DNA of 64,000 nucleotides from an uncultured Clostridia bacterium (GCA_944349375.1 CALVMV010000002.1:35448-99447), one strand, 5' to 3'. Positions 38,302 to 47,533 are shown, counted from the first letter of the stretch. A program made the numbers and translations. Notes: a model not told the origin generated them from the letters alone.

Positions 38302-39344
38302 TAATCAAAATCTCCAAAATCAGTATCGTCATCATCACTTGAACTTTCTTTTTTATCTTCTTCTCCAGAAATAATACTTCTTCTTAAAGCAGTATCAGCT
38401 TGCAAATTCATAAGCTTATAATAATCCATTACTGAGAATCTTCCTTCTTTTATCGCTTGTGAAATAGCTAAAGGCACTTGTGCTTCAGCTTCTAAAAGAC
38501 TAGCTTTGGTTTGTTCTGTCTTAGTTCTAGATTGCAATTCTTTCATTTGCTCTGCGTTTTTCATCCTATCGGCCTGTATTTGAGCATAAATTCTTTCTTT
38601 TTCAACTTTTGCAATTTCCATTTCGTTTGCCAAATTTTTTCCAATAGAAATGTTTGCAATTCTAACATCTTTCAAAATATATGCTGTATCTCTTCCAGCT
38701 TCTTCAAAATTAAATTTACAAATTGAATTAGGATCGTTAAATACTTCGTCTTTAGATAATAAATAGACTTTTTTAATAATTTCTTGCACAACATAAGATT
38801 TTATTTTATCAACAGATAGCCCAAAGAGATATTTAGGGATATTTAATTTAAGTATTAAGCTAATATCTAAAACTAATTCAATGTTGTCTTTAGTAACCGC
38901 TTTTGCTTGAGAAATTGTTTCAGTAACACTTTCTGTTGCACTTTTAACAATTTCAAGAGATTTTTTTGTTTTTAATTCTAAAGCTGAAGCAAGCGAGAAA
39001 GGCATTTGAATATTTGCCTCTTTTGCAAGTTTCATGGCATTAATCATGTCAATAGCATTCCCACCAGAAAGTAAGACAGCTTCTATTTGATTTACTTTCA
39101 AATCAAGACCTGATTTTTTTGATAAAATATAAGCTTGCACCAAGTTCATAGGGTCTAATTTACAATTTTTAAAAGCAGTTAACTTTAACATAGAAATATG
39201 TGCTTTGGCAAACAAAGCAGTAAAATAAGCCTTAACTGGCACAATGATAAAAAGCAAAACAATTAATGCTAAGACAACTACTCCAATAACAGTAAAAGTA
39301 ATTTCTACAGCACTGAAATTTGCAAGCAATGATAATCCTTTCAT
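38301..39344 (-). CDS. floA: Flotillin-like protein FloA (UPF0365/YqfA family)
   Basis: 347 aa. N-terminal TM, with family-like segments LLSGGNAIDMINAMKLAKEANI and EAEAQVPLAISQAIKEGRFSVMDYYKLMNLQADT. Extra acidic tail SSSDDDDTDFGDFD. Confidence 0.85.
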   Translation of the reverse strand: MKGLSLLANFSAVEITFTVIGVVVLALIVLLFIIVPVKAYFTALFAKAHISMLKLTAFKNCKLDPMNLVQAYILSKKSGLDLKVNQIEAVLLSGGNAIDMINAMKLAKEANIQMPFSLASALELKTKKSLEIVKSATESVTETISQAKAVTKDNIELVLDISLILKLNIPKYLFGLSVDKIKSYVVQEIIKKVYLLSKDEVFNDPNSICKFNFEEAGRDTAYILKDVRIANISIGKNLANEMEIAKVEKERIYAQIQADRMKNAEQMKELQSRTKTEQTKASLLEAEAQVPLAISQAIKEGRFSVMDYYKLMNLQADTALRRSIISGEEDKKESSSDDDDTDFGDFD

Positions 39345-39442
39345 ATAAATTTTCTCCTTTCGCAGTTTTAAACTTTAAAAGTTCAGAAACATTATAACAT
39401 ATAAAAATATCATTGTAAATACCAAAATTAATCTTTTTTCAA

Positions 39443-39470
39443 TAAAAAAAGCAGTTAAAAATTAACTGCC
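39443..39470 (-). terminator. Rho-independent terminator after ogg
   Basis: Minus strand: GCAGTTAA-TTT-TTAACTGC followed by TTTTTTT. Confidence 0.7.
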
Positions 39471-39479
39471 ATAATTTCA

Positions 39480-40304
39480 TTAATGAATAAAAGACCTTTG
39501 GTAATAAAATAGATATTGTTGGGCATAACCTGATAAATTTTTAAATTGCATAATAAGATTTTCTCTTATCTTTTGACGATTATCTAATTTAGAATAAAAT
39601 TTATTATACATTTGATTAATCCAAGTATCTACAGGAAAAACATCTTTTTTGCCATAACCAAAAAGCAAAATACAATCTGAAACCTTTGGTCCTACTCCAG
39701 AAAGAGAAATAAGTTTTTTTTGCAGCTCATTCGTATTGAGTTTCTCCCAATCTTTTAAAATTGCTGGTGTTATTTCTTTTAAAACATTAACCAAGTATTT
39801 AGCTCTATATCCGCACCCCATATTTTTAAAAAATTGTTCATTTTGATTCGAAAGTTGAAGATAAGTTGGAAAAATTTTACCATTGTTTTCTTTTTGAAAA
39901 TACTCTCTTAAATTGTCTAAAATTAATTTGATCCTTTTAATATTGTTATTAGCAGAAATAATAAATGATATTAAAGTTTCAAATAAATCCTGTTTCAAAA
40001 TTCTTATTCCATAGCCAAAATTTAAAGGTCCTTTAAGCAACTCGAATTTTTTTAACGACCTTTTAATTTGTAAATAATCTGTTTCTAAATCAAAATAATT
40101 TTCAAAAAAATTTACATCTTTTGTAATTATGTGGTATCCATCATCTTTTTCAATAACTTTTGCAAATTTATCTTGAGGGAAAACAGAATAGCCTTCTTCA
40201 TCTTTTTTAAAGCAAAAAACTTGCCCACATTCAAGAATATGAGTAGGATTAAACTGCGACTTATCAATAATAATTATCTCGTTTTTTAATTTTTTATAAA
40301 TCAT
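39480..40304 (-). CDS. ogg: 8-oxoguanine DNA glycosylase / AP lyase (Ogg, HhH-GPD superfamily)
   Basis: 274 aa. N-terminal ILECGQVFCF and the HhH-GPD segment LISLSGVGPKVSDCILLFGYGKKDVFPVDTW. No visible SD sequence. Confidence 0.8.
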   Translation of the reverse strand: MIYKKLKNEIIIIDKSQFNPTHILECGQVFCFKKDEEGYSVFPQDKFAKVIEKDDGYHIITKDVNFFENYFDLETDYLQIKRSLKKFELLKGPLNFGYGIRILKQDLFETLISFIISANNNIKRIKLILDNLREYFQKENNGKIFPTYLQLSNQNEQFFKNMGCGYRAKYLVNVLKEITPAILKDWEKLNTNELQKKLISLSGVGPKVSDCILLFGYGKKDVFPVDTWINQMYNKFYSKLDNRQKIRENLIMQFKNLSGYAQQYLFYYQRSFIH

Positions 40305-40318
40305 AATTTTAAAACATT

Positions 40319-40343
40319 TAAAAAAGCAGGTTAACCCTGCTTA
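40319..40343 (-). terminator. Terminator-like hairpin after rpmA
   Basis: Minus strand: AAGCAGG-GTTAA-CCTGCTT followed by TTT (short T-run). Only about 15 nt upstream of the ogg ATG. Confidence 0.55.
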
Positions 40344-40347
40344 ATCA

Positions 40348-40623
40348 CTACTGCGCAACAATAGCGACAACTTTTTTGCCGTTGCTTACGCCAAATTTAA
40401 CAACGCCATCACATAAAGCAAACAAAGTATAATCTTTACCCATACCAACATTTGTGCTAGGATAAACTTTAGTTCCTTTTTGTCTAACAATTATACTGCC
40501 TGCAGTTACTTTTTGACCACCATAAGCCTTAACTCCAAGTCTTTTGCTTTGAGAATCACGACCATTTTTGGTGCTACCACCACCTTTTTTGTGAGCAAAA
40601 AGTTGAGCATTAAACTTAAACAT
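40348..40623 (-). CDS. rpmA: 50S ribosomal protein L27 with an N-terminal propeptide
   Basis: MFKFNAQLF|[23 protein letters not shown]. The 9-aa extension before AHKK is the Prp cleavage substrate typical of Firmicutes. Confidence 0.95.
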   Translation of the reverse strand: MFKFNAQLFAHKKGGGSTKNGRDSQSKRLGVKAYGGQKVTAGSIIVRQKGTKVYPSTNVGMGKDYTLFALCDGVVKFGVSNGKKVVAIVAQ

Positions 40624-40939
40624 TTTTTACCTCCAATTTTGCAAATTTCTTTTCACCTTGAATAACAGATTGAAATGATAAAAAACAAGTTTTAAACAAA
40701 AATTGAATATCATTTTTTTGAGCATTTTTAAAATTTACGAGAATTTTTAAAAATCCATCTGAAATTTCACAAAATTCTTCTACTTTTGCGATTTCTTTTA
40801 ATCCAACAACTGCAAGTTGAGCAATTGTTGAGATCTGACAGCAAAGTAAATCTTTGCCAATTTCATCTTTTCCAGTATGCCCAGAAATTTCAAATCCAGT
40901 TATTAAGTCATTTTTTTTAAAAAAAGTAATTTTTGTCAT
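40616..40939 (-). CDS. prp: Ribosomal-processing cysteine protease Prp
   Basis: 107 aa between rplU and rpmA. Contains [24 protein letters not shown] (His...Cys dyad region). Confidence 0.8.
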   Translation of the reverse strand: MTKITFFKKNDLITGFEISGHTGKDEIGKDLLCCQISTIAQLAVVGLKEIAKVEEFCEISDGFLKILVNFKNAQKNDIQFLFKTCFLSFQSVIQGEKKFAKLEVKNV

Positions 40940-40947
40940 ATAAAACC

Positions 40948-41256
40948 TTACTTTTTAATAGATAAAATTTTAATTTGAGTAAATGGTTGTCTGTGTCCTT
41001 GCTTTTTTCTCTCATTTTTCTTAGGCTTATATTTGAAAACAACAATTTTATCGCCTTTGCCATGAGCTACAACTTCAGCTTCACAAACTGCATTTTTAAC
41101 TGATGGATTACCAGCTACAACATTTCCGTTGTCAGAAACAAGTAAAACTTCTAAATTAACTTTATCTCCAACAGCTCTATCAAGTTTTTCAACACTGATA
41201 ATGTCGCCTTCGCTTACTTTATATTGTTTTCCACCAGATTGAACAATAGCAAACAT
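40948..41256 (-). CDS. rplU: 50S ribosomal protein L21
   Basis: [18 protein letters not shown]... Start set at the ATG at 41256 with a GAGGAGG RBS. The track ORF adds 31 leader-derived codons. Confidence 0.95.
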   Translation of the reverse strand: MFAIVQSGGKQYKVSEGDIISVEKLDRAVGDKVNLEVLLVSDNGNVVAGNPSVKNAVCEAEVVAHGKGDKIVVFKYKPKKNERKKQGHRQPFTQIKILSIKK

Positions 41257-41333
41257 ATTTTTTACCTCCTCTAACCAAACTCGCTGTTTAACAGGTGCCA
41301 TTAAGGACTTTATAACCCTACACATGCGGATAC
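41257..41333 (-). promoter_or_regulatory. 5' leader of the rplU-prp-rpmA operon (possible L21-leader-type element)
   Basis: A leader of about 75 nt lies between the predicted TSS and the RBS. Firmicute rplU operons commonly carry an L21 leader RNA. Not verified by a covariance model. Confidence 0.35.
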
Positions 41334-41339
41334 TGTGAT

Positions 41340-41368
41340 ATTGTACCATAATAAAAAATGTTTGTCAA
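41340..41368 (-). promoter_or_regulatory. Near-consensus sigma-A promoter of the rplU operon
   Basis: Minus strand: TTGACA (41368-41363), a 17-nt spacer ending in TGG, then TACAAT (41345-41340). Confidence 0.6.
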
Positions 41369-41491
41369 GAAAAATTAACAAAATCAAAATGTTAAAATGC
41401 TTATATGCGATTTTATGCTAATGTCGAAATGAAAAATTAATTTGTTTTGTCCAATTTTAATATATTTTTTTATTTTTAATACAAATTTTTA

Positions 41492-41520
41492 ATAAAAAAA
41501 ACTCACTATAAGTGAGCTTT
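41492..41520 (-). terminator. Rho-independent terminator after the 1360-aa surface protein gene
   Basis: Minus strand: CTCACT-TAT-AGTGAG followed by TTTTTTTT, 5 nt after the stop at 41525. Confidence 0.65.
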
Positions 41521-41524
41521 TTTA

Positions 41525-44500
41525 TTATTTAGATTTTTTGCTTCCTTTGTTTTCTTTAACTTTAGAAACTACAAAGTAAACTACAACACCTGCAAGAATT
41601 GCTACTGAAATTCCAATCAATACTTTACCAACAACTTCAGTAACATTAATAGGGTTTGATTCATCATCACCTACAGTGAATGTGAACTCTTTTGTAGAGC
41701 TCTTGTTTCCAGCTTCATCTTTTACATAGATTGAAACTGTATAACTTCCTTCTTTCTCAATTTCATAAGAATAAGCATAATCGCCAGCTACATCAGAAGT
41801 ATTTTCAAGTGTTGTTGTAGTGTTAGCGCTTGTGTTTTTAACCTGAATTACAATATCCTTTAAGAGTGTATCTCTATCAGTTGTAATGTTATCAGAAACT
41901 ACAATTTTATCAATTCTTATATCTAAAACATCACCTACATTGTAAGTTGTCTTGATAAACTCATTATTTGTATTGTCAATTTCAATATCAGGAGAAATTA
42001 CATCACCAACAGAAAGCTCATAAGAAATTGTCTTTTCACTACCTACTGTAGCTCCCATACCATCTTTAGCTTTTACAGTATACTTAATTGTATATTTACC
42101 ATTAGTATTAAGGTTAAGAATTAGATTACCATTTTCATCATTGTAAATATCACTATTTTTTGAAACATTTTTCCAATCATTGATGCTTACAGTAGCGATA
42201 GTTTTAACTGTGCTACCAGATGATACTGAAATACTAACATTTGATTTATCTTTATCAATACTTCCAGAACCAGAAACTTCAGCATCAATAGGTTTAACAA
42301 TTATTGAACTTGATGTATCTTCATATTTAGTTTTTTGGTAAGCTGAAGAATCCATTTTTAAATTAACAGCAACTTCTCCTGCAGTATAAGTAATGATATC
42401 ACTAACCATTGGGTGAAGTTGAACAGCAAGAGCAGCTGGTAATTGGTCTATACCCATCTCGGCTCCAGTTCCTTTAACACTTGAGTTAATCTTTAAAACA
42501 TAATCCCCTGTTTCTGTTTGGTCAGCATAAATGTAATATACATCTCCAGCAGTTGCTGTAGCAGGTTTCCCTTCGGCATTTGTAATAGATTCAGTACCTT
42601 TTGCTTTGTATGCCAAAATTTTATTAGAAATATTTTCAGAAGCCGTCGTCAAGAATAATTTCCCGTTTTCTCCACCTTCTAAAGCGCTAAAACTTTTTTC
42701 TTGAGTTGAATAACTAATAACAAATACATTGTATTGAAGTTTATATGTTCCTCTAGAATTTGCTACAAATACATTTCCATTTAAATTGTAGTCTGTGTTA
42801 TCAGCAGAAATTACTGAAATATTGTAGTAATCAGAAGTTTTTTCACTATCATATTCAGAGATACCAATATAACCGACATCTTCGTTTTCAGAAACGGAAA
42901 GCTTTGGAACTGGTAAAATTTGTTCTTCACCAATTACTATTTCTTTGTTTTCAGTGTTAATATTTGTAATTTCAGGACTTTCCACAACTGTAACACTAGC
43001 AACATCATAAGTGAAATAAGTTGTTATTGAATGATTGCCAGCATCAGTAACAGTAACTGCTACCAAATAATCACCACCCGTAGCTGCATTGAATGATCCA
43101 GCAGAAACAACATATGTTCCTCTTATAGTATCATAACGAGTTGACATGTTTGAACTATGCACAACTGTTTGGTTTCCTTCTTTATCTACCTTATAAACAA
43201 CAACACCAGCATTCATATATTGTGGCATATTGTCGTCAAAATAAAGTGTAGGAAGAACAATTGTTTCATTAGTTACATATCCTTCAGGTTTATCGACTTC
43301 ATCTACTTGATATAGATATGGAGCGAAATTATCTTGAATATCAGAAACATAAATTTGTTTATCATAGAAACCAACATTCCCTTCATCATCAATAGCATAA
43401 GAGAAGAATTCAATATAAGCAGCACCTTTTGGCTTATTTTTTAATTTGATTTCGTATTCAGATTTTCCTTCAAGGATTGTCCAACCTGAAGATGCAACAA
43501 CACCATTTACATCTTGAATATACCATTTGCTAGAAGAAATACCAATCTTTGAGGCACTATTAATTAAATATGATATATCTTGTCCAACACTTGTGATAGG
43601 ATTTCTAGAAGAATCCAAATATCTATAAGCATTTACAAGAGTAACTCTTGAATCTCCTCCTTCATCAGAAGCTGTAGGAGCAGTCAATTTTATAGTATCC
43701 TCTTTAAGATATGAAGATTGAAACTCTGTTGAATATAAAATTGATGGAACAGCCATATCATCAGTGCTTTCAACAACTTCAACAGTATAAGGAACTTGTT
43801 TAGCATTATTTCCACTAACATTATCATTAGCTATATAGTAGAATGTGTAAGATTGAGCAGAGAATGAAAGGTTAGGGTTAGATGGCTCAACAAAAGCATA
43901 TCCTTTTTCTTTAAGTTGTTCATCGGTTAACTCTGCGCCATATTCTTCCCCACTGATTGGATCTACAGTTCTACTATTAGTAACAATCAAATATTGATTA
44001 TTAATTAACCAATTTTTAATTGTTTCATCATCACTCTTAGTTTCTCCACCAAGAATCATTTGTTCTCTAATATGGAAATTGTCATCATAAATAGTTTTGT
44101 AAACAGTTGAAGAATCTTTAGCTTTAGCATTAAAAATTAAATTATAATCATTATAATCTGAAATTTGATAGAACAAAGAACCTGTTCCTGTTCTAATTTC
44201 TCTTGTTAATGTTAAATCTTTTTCATCAACAGCATTGTCATAGCCACCAATAGCATACATAACAATATTTCTACTAATGGTCTTTGATTTTAAGTATGAT
44301 TCTGCACTTTTATATGATTCTGTTTCTTTGTTATATTTAGCTGTTTTATCAGCAGCATCATAAATATAAGGAGTTGCAGAAACAGTATCCTTAACATCAT
44401 TTAAAAGAATTTCTTTTGTAACGCTTTGTCCATAGAAATCAGTAATAACATACTCAATTTTATAATCTCCTGCAGTTGGAGCTATAAAATTATTATCTTT

Positions 44501-45607
44501 ATCAACAGCATCTTTAACTATATCCCAACCACTATTATTTCTCTTGTAAACATTTATAGTATAAGATACAGAAACAGTTTCGTTTGCTGGGGAATCTGTT
44601 GAAGAAGTAGTTGCAGTAATTGAAGGTAATGCTTTAGCTACCTTAACTGTAGCAGAAGAAGGTTGTGAAGTTGAGAATGATGCAGTTAATTTATACCCTG
44701 CTTTGTTTTCACTATTAGTGTAATATTTATCTTCAACACTAAAAGTTTTATCAGTAGAAGCAATTTGAACACCATTTTGGAAGAATTTATAAACAATTTT
44801 AAATTCATAACCATTAGCATTTTTAAGCGATTCTCCAGAAATATAATAATTGCCACTTTCATTTTTTGCAATTTTTACATCTTCTGAATAAGCTTGATCA
44901 ATAGAAATTTGCATGTAATCAGTATCTTTAGCAGGAGCTTCTTCTCCATCTAAAATAACTGTTATGTTTTCTTTTTTATCTCCATCTTCTGATAATACTG
45001 AAGGAATTGGTAAAATAATATCTCTATTTTTACCATCTTCACCCTTGCTTATAGAAAGATCATAAACACTAGGAATAATATTTGAATCATTTGTTTTAAA
45101 TTCAAATGTTACATCGTTTACAATACATTTTAATTCAAGTTTATAGTTATAAGTAAGTCCATTTTCAGTAACTGAATATTCTACAATATACTTACCAATT
45201 CTATCTGCACCAAAAGTCGCTTTTGGATATTTTTCTGGTTGAGAAGAGTCGTAAACTACAGAACCATCTGCTTCATAGTAAGCAACCACTTTAGATTCGG
45301 TAATGCTCTCAGTTGTCCCTGATCCAATTTTATGAGGCTCATTAGTTTTACCAAAATATAAACCAGTAGGGATGTTAAAATTCCCACCTTTTGCAACAGT
45401 AGTTTCTACCTCACTAGCATCAACTTCAATTCTGTTTGTCCCTTGCGCAACTTCTCCAGCATTCTCAGAAGGATTATTATCTTGCGAGATTGTTTTAGCC
45501 AAAGCATTAATAGCTCCTACAGGGACAAAGGAGCCACATAACATCATGGCAACACCAAAAACAAAACCTTTGAAGATACCTTTATTTTTAATATTCTTTT
45601 TACTCAT
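41525..45607 (-). CDS. Large surface protein (1360 aa): signal peptide, repeated Ig-like/beta-sandwich modules, C-terminal TM anchor
   Basis: Signal peptide FVFGVAMMLCGSFVPVGAINALA. Recurrent G-x-Y-x-(V/I)-x-Y-x-(V/A)-x-D-x-x-G-N type strands (GDYKIEYVITDFYGQ, GDYLVAVTVTDAGNH, GSYTVSIYVKDEAGN). C-terminal VLIGISVAILAGVVVYFVVSKVKENKGSKKSK with no LPXTG. Confidence 0.8.
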   Translation of the reverse strand: MSKKNIKNKGIFKGFVFGVAMMLCGSFVPVGAINALAKTISQDNNPSENAGEVAQGTNRIEVDASEVETTVAKGGNFNIPTGLYFGKTNEPHKIGSGTTESITESKVVAYYEADGSVVYDSSQPEKYPKATFGADRIGKYIVEYSVTENGLTYNYKLELKCIVNDVTFEFKTNDSNIIPSVYDLSISKGEDGKNRDIILPIPSVLSEDGDKKENITVILDGEEAPAKDTDYMQISIDQAYSEDVKIAKNESGNYYISGESLKNANGYEFKIVYKFFQNGVQIASTDKTFSVEDKYYTNSENKAGYKLTASFSTSQPSSATVKVAKALPSITATTSSTDSPANETVSVSYTINVYKRNNSGWDIVKDAVDKDNNFIAPTAGDYKIEYVITDFYGQSVTKEILLNDVKDTVSATPYIYDAADKTAKYNKETESYKSAESYLKSKTISRNIVMYAIGGYDNAVDEKDLTLTREIRTGTGSLFYQISDYNDYNLIFNAKAKDSSTVYKTIYDDNFHIREQMILGGETKSDDETIKNWLINNQYLIVTNSRTVDPISGEEYGAELTDEQLKEKGYAFVEPSNPNLSFSAQSYTFYYIANDNVSGNNAKQVPYTVEVVESTDDMAVPSILYSTEFQSSYLKEDTIKLTAPTASDEGGDSRVTLVNAYRYLDSSRNPITSVGQDISYLINSASKIGISSSKWYIQDVNGVVASSGWTILEGKSEYEIKLKNKPKGAAYIEFFSYAIDDEGNVGFYDKQIYVSDIQDNFAPYLYQVDEVDKPEGYVTNETIVLPTLYFDDNMPQYMNAGVVVYKVDKEGNQTVVHSSNMSTRYDTIRGTYVVSAGSFNAATGGDYLVAVTVTDAGNHSITTYFTYDVASVTVVESPEITNINTENKEIVIGEEQILPVPKLSVSENEDVGYIGISEYDSEKTSDYYNISVISADNTDYNLNGNVFVANSRGTYKLQYNVFVISYSTQEKSFSALEGGENGKLFLTTASENISNKILAYKAKGTESITNAEGKPATATAGDVYYIYADQTETGDYVLKINSSVKGTGAEMGIDQLPAALAVQLHPMVSDIITYTAGEVAVNLKMDSSAYQKTKYEDTSSSIIVKPIDAEVSGSGSIDKDKSNVSISVSSGSTVKTIATVSINDWKNVSKNSDIYNDENGNLILNLNTNGKYTIKYTVKAKDGMGATVGSEKTISYELSVGDVISPDIEIDNTNNEFIKTTYNVGDVLDIRIDKIVVSDNITTDRDTLLKDIVIQVKNTSANTTTTLENTSDVAGDYAYSYEIEKEGSYTVSIYVKDEAGNKSSTKEFTFTVGDDESNPINVTEVVGKVLIGISVAILAGVVVYFVVSKVKENKGSKKSK

Positions 45608-45873
45608 GTTAAAATCCTTTTATAGTATAAATTTTATAACAATGCTATTTTATAATATTTTGGTTTCTAAGTCAACAAAATACTGCATATATTACGAAAA
45701 TATTTTGTGAAAAAGGCTTGGTTATATGCGAAAGAAAAAGCACTAGTTTTGTCGAAAAACAGTTATAAAATAATATTTTTATAAAACTTAAGCACATTTT
45801 TTATGCAAGATGCGTAGTATGATAATGTGAAAGCGAAAAGAACTTTCAATTACATAAGATTAGGAGGATACAA

Positions 45874-46080
45874 ATGAATTTCTTTAACGGATGCCAAGGT
45901 GGCGGTTTCGGTGGTTGTGGTAACTGCTGTGATCCATGCTCTCTTATACTTTGGATAATCATTTTACAAAGCCTTTGCGGTTGTGGTAACAACAATGGTT
46001 GTTGCGGAATTGATGCCTGCACACTTGTAATTTTATTACTTTTATGTGGTGGTTGTGGGTGCAACAATTCTTGCAAATAA
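45874..46080 (+). CDS. Small Cys/Gly-rich protein with two tandem YjcZ-like (tiny-TM sporulation peptide) modules
   Basis: 68 aa: MNFFNGCQGGGFGGCGNCCDPCSLILWIIILQSLCGCGNNNGCCGIDACTLVILLLLCGGCGCNNSCK. It reads as two (G/C-rich)-(hydrophobic)-(CGC) units. Strong RBS TAGGAGG with 7-nt spacing, and a terminator follows. Confidence 0.6.
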   Translation: MNFFNGCQGGGFGGCGNCCDPCSLILWIIILQSLCGCGNNNGCCGIDACTLVILLLLCGGCGCNNSCK

Positions 46081-46096
46081 TAAAATAATAGCAAAA

Positions 46097-46126
46097 AGCA
46101 AGCTAATTTAGGCTTGCTTTTTTATT
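46097..46126 (+). terminator. Rho-independent terminator after the Cys/Gly-rich ORF
   Basis: AGCAAGC-TAATTTAG-GCTTGCT followed by TTTTTT. Confidence 0.7.
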
Positions 46127-46198
46127 TTTTTAAAAATTTCTCTTTACTTTTATTTAAAAATAATGTATCATATGTATATATAGAATTTGGAGGATAAA

Positions 46199-46582
46199 AT
46201 GAAATTTGATAAAGACTGTGAAGTTGTATGGCATGATAGAAAAAGATTTATGGGTATGCCATTATCATTTACAAGATATTACATTGTAAAAAAAGGTAAT
46301 GAATGGATAAAATTGTTTAGACATAAAGGATTTTTGTCTTCAGTAATAGATGAAGTCAATCTTTATAGATGCTTTGACTTAACCTTAACTGCAACTTTAG
46401 CAGATAAAATTTTTGGAACAGGATCAATAAAAGTTGAAAGTAATGATGCTGGAGTGCCTGAATTTCATATGTATCATATTTCAAATCCATATAAAATTAG
46501 AGATTTACTTTCTAATCTTATTGAAATTGAGCGTAAAAAACGCCGTGTTGGAATCACAGAATTTCAAGCACCACAAGACTAA
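46199..46582 (+). CDS. Bacterial PH (bPH_2/YdbT-like) domain protein
   Basis: 127 aa from the ATG at 46199 (the track TTG at 46187 is part of the GGAGG RBS). ...FTRYYIVKKGNEWIKLFRHKGFLSSVIDEVNLYRCFDLTL...GTGSIKV resembles bPH_2 domains. No flanking TM helices. Confidence 0.5.
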   Translation: MKFDKDCEVVWHDRKRFMGMPLSFTRYYIVKKGNEWIKLFRHKGFLSSVIDEVNLYRCFDLTLTATLADKIFGTGSIKVESNDAGVPEFHMYHISNPYKIRDLLSNLIEIERKKRRVGITEFQAPQD

Positions 46583-46611
46583 TTATTTTACAGGATTAGT
46601 TTTTAATAAGT

Positions 46612-46648
46612 AAAAAAAGAGAAGAAATCAATTCTTCTCTTTTATTTT
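46612..46648. terminator. Bidirectional terminator between the PH-domain gene and rluD
   Basis: AGAGAAGAA-ATCAA-TTCTTCTCT flanked by an A-run (left) and a T-run (right). The right arm lies in the last rluD codons. Confidence 0.65.
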
Positions 46649-47533
46649 AGTCAAATATTCTTTAAAATACTCTGGCAAACCAATTTGAAAAGACATTTCT
46701 TTATTTGTTGATGGGTGAATAAATTTAATTTTATAAGAATGGAGCAGTTGCCCTTTTAAGTTCTTTTCTGCTTTTCCATAAATGTCATCTCCTACTATCG
46801 GATGCCCAATAAATTTACAGTGAACACGAATTTGATGAGTCCTTCCTGTTTGCAATGAAAATTCTACTAAAGTTTTGTTCGTGTAACGTTTCAAAACCTT
46901 AAAATCTGTAATAGCTATTTTTCCCTTACTAGAAACAGCATATTTTTTTCTATCACTTTTACTTCTTTCCAAATATGTCTTTATTTCGCCTTCATCTTTG
47001 TTAAAGACTCCTTCACAAAGAGCAATATAACTTCGTTTACAAGTTTTATTTTTTATTTGTTCTGCTAAAGAAATATGAGCTTTGTCATTTTTAGCGACTA
47101 CCATTAATCCCGATGTATTTTTATCAAGCCTATGGACAATTCCTGGTCTTAACACCCCATTTATACCACTTAAATCTTTAATTTTATCTAAAAGTCCATT
47201 TACTAAAGTACCTTTCTTGGTTGAAGAGCAGGGATGAACAACTAATCCTTGTGGCTTATTAACAACAATCAAATCTTTATCTTGATAAACAATTTCAAAG
47301 TCAATATTCTCAGGTTGGACTTGTAGAGGTTCTAAATCTTCAAAATCATAACTTACTATTTGATTAAATTTAACTTTTTCACCTGACTTTACAGTTTTTC
47401 CGTTTAATAAAATCTTTCCTTCACCAATCAAGTTTTTAATATGAGAACGAGAGAAGTCTTTAAAATGGTTATTAAAAACCATATCCAACCTTGAATTTTG
47501 TTCGTCACAGCTTATTTTAAAATCCCCTTTCAA
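46628..47533 (-). CDS. rluD: 23S rRNA pseudouridine synthase, RluD subfamily
   Basis: 301 aa. N-terminal S4-like region and the catalytic HRLDKNTSGLMVVAK. TTG start with an AAGGAG RBS 5 nt upstream. Confidence 0.85.
   Translation of the reverse strand: MKGDFKISCDEQNSRLDMVFNNHFKDFSRSHIKNLIGEGKILLNGKTVKSGEKVKFNQIVSYDFEDLEPLQVQPENIDFEIVYQDKDLIVVNKPQGLVVHPCSSTKKGTLVNGLLDKIKDLSGINGVLRPGIVHRLDKNTSGLMVVAKNDKAHISLAEQIKNKTCKRSYIALCEGVFNKDEGEIKTYLERSKSDRKKYAVSSKGKIAITDFKVLKRYTNKTLVEFSLQTGRTHQIRVHCKFIGHPIVGDDIYGKAEKNLKGQLLHSYKIKFIHPSTNKEMSFQIGLPEYFKEYLTKIKEKN

Noticed and set aside
45846-46094. 82-aa Pro/Gln-rich minus-strand ORF covering the Cys/Gly-rich gene
   Set aside because: It mirrors the GGT/TGT/TGC-rich sense codons. 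It has no RBS, whereas the plus-strand ORF has a TAGGAGG RBS, an ATG start and a terminator.
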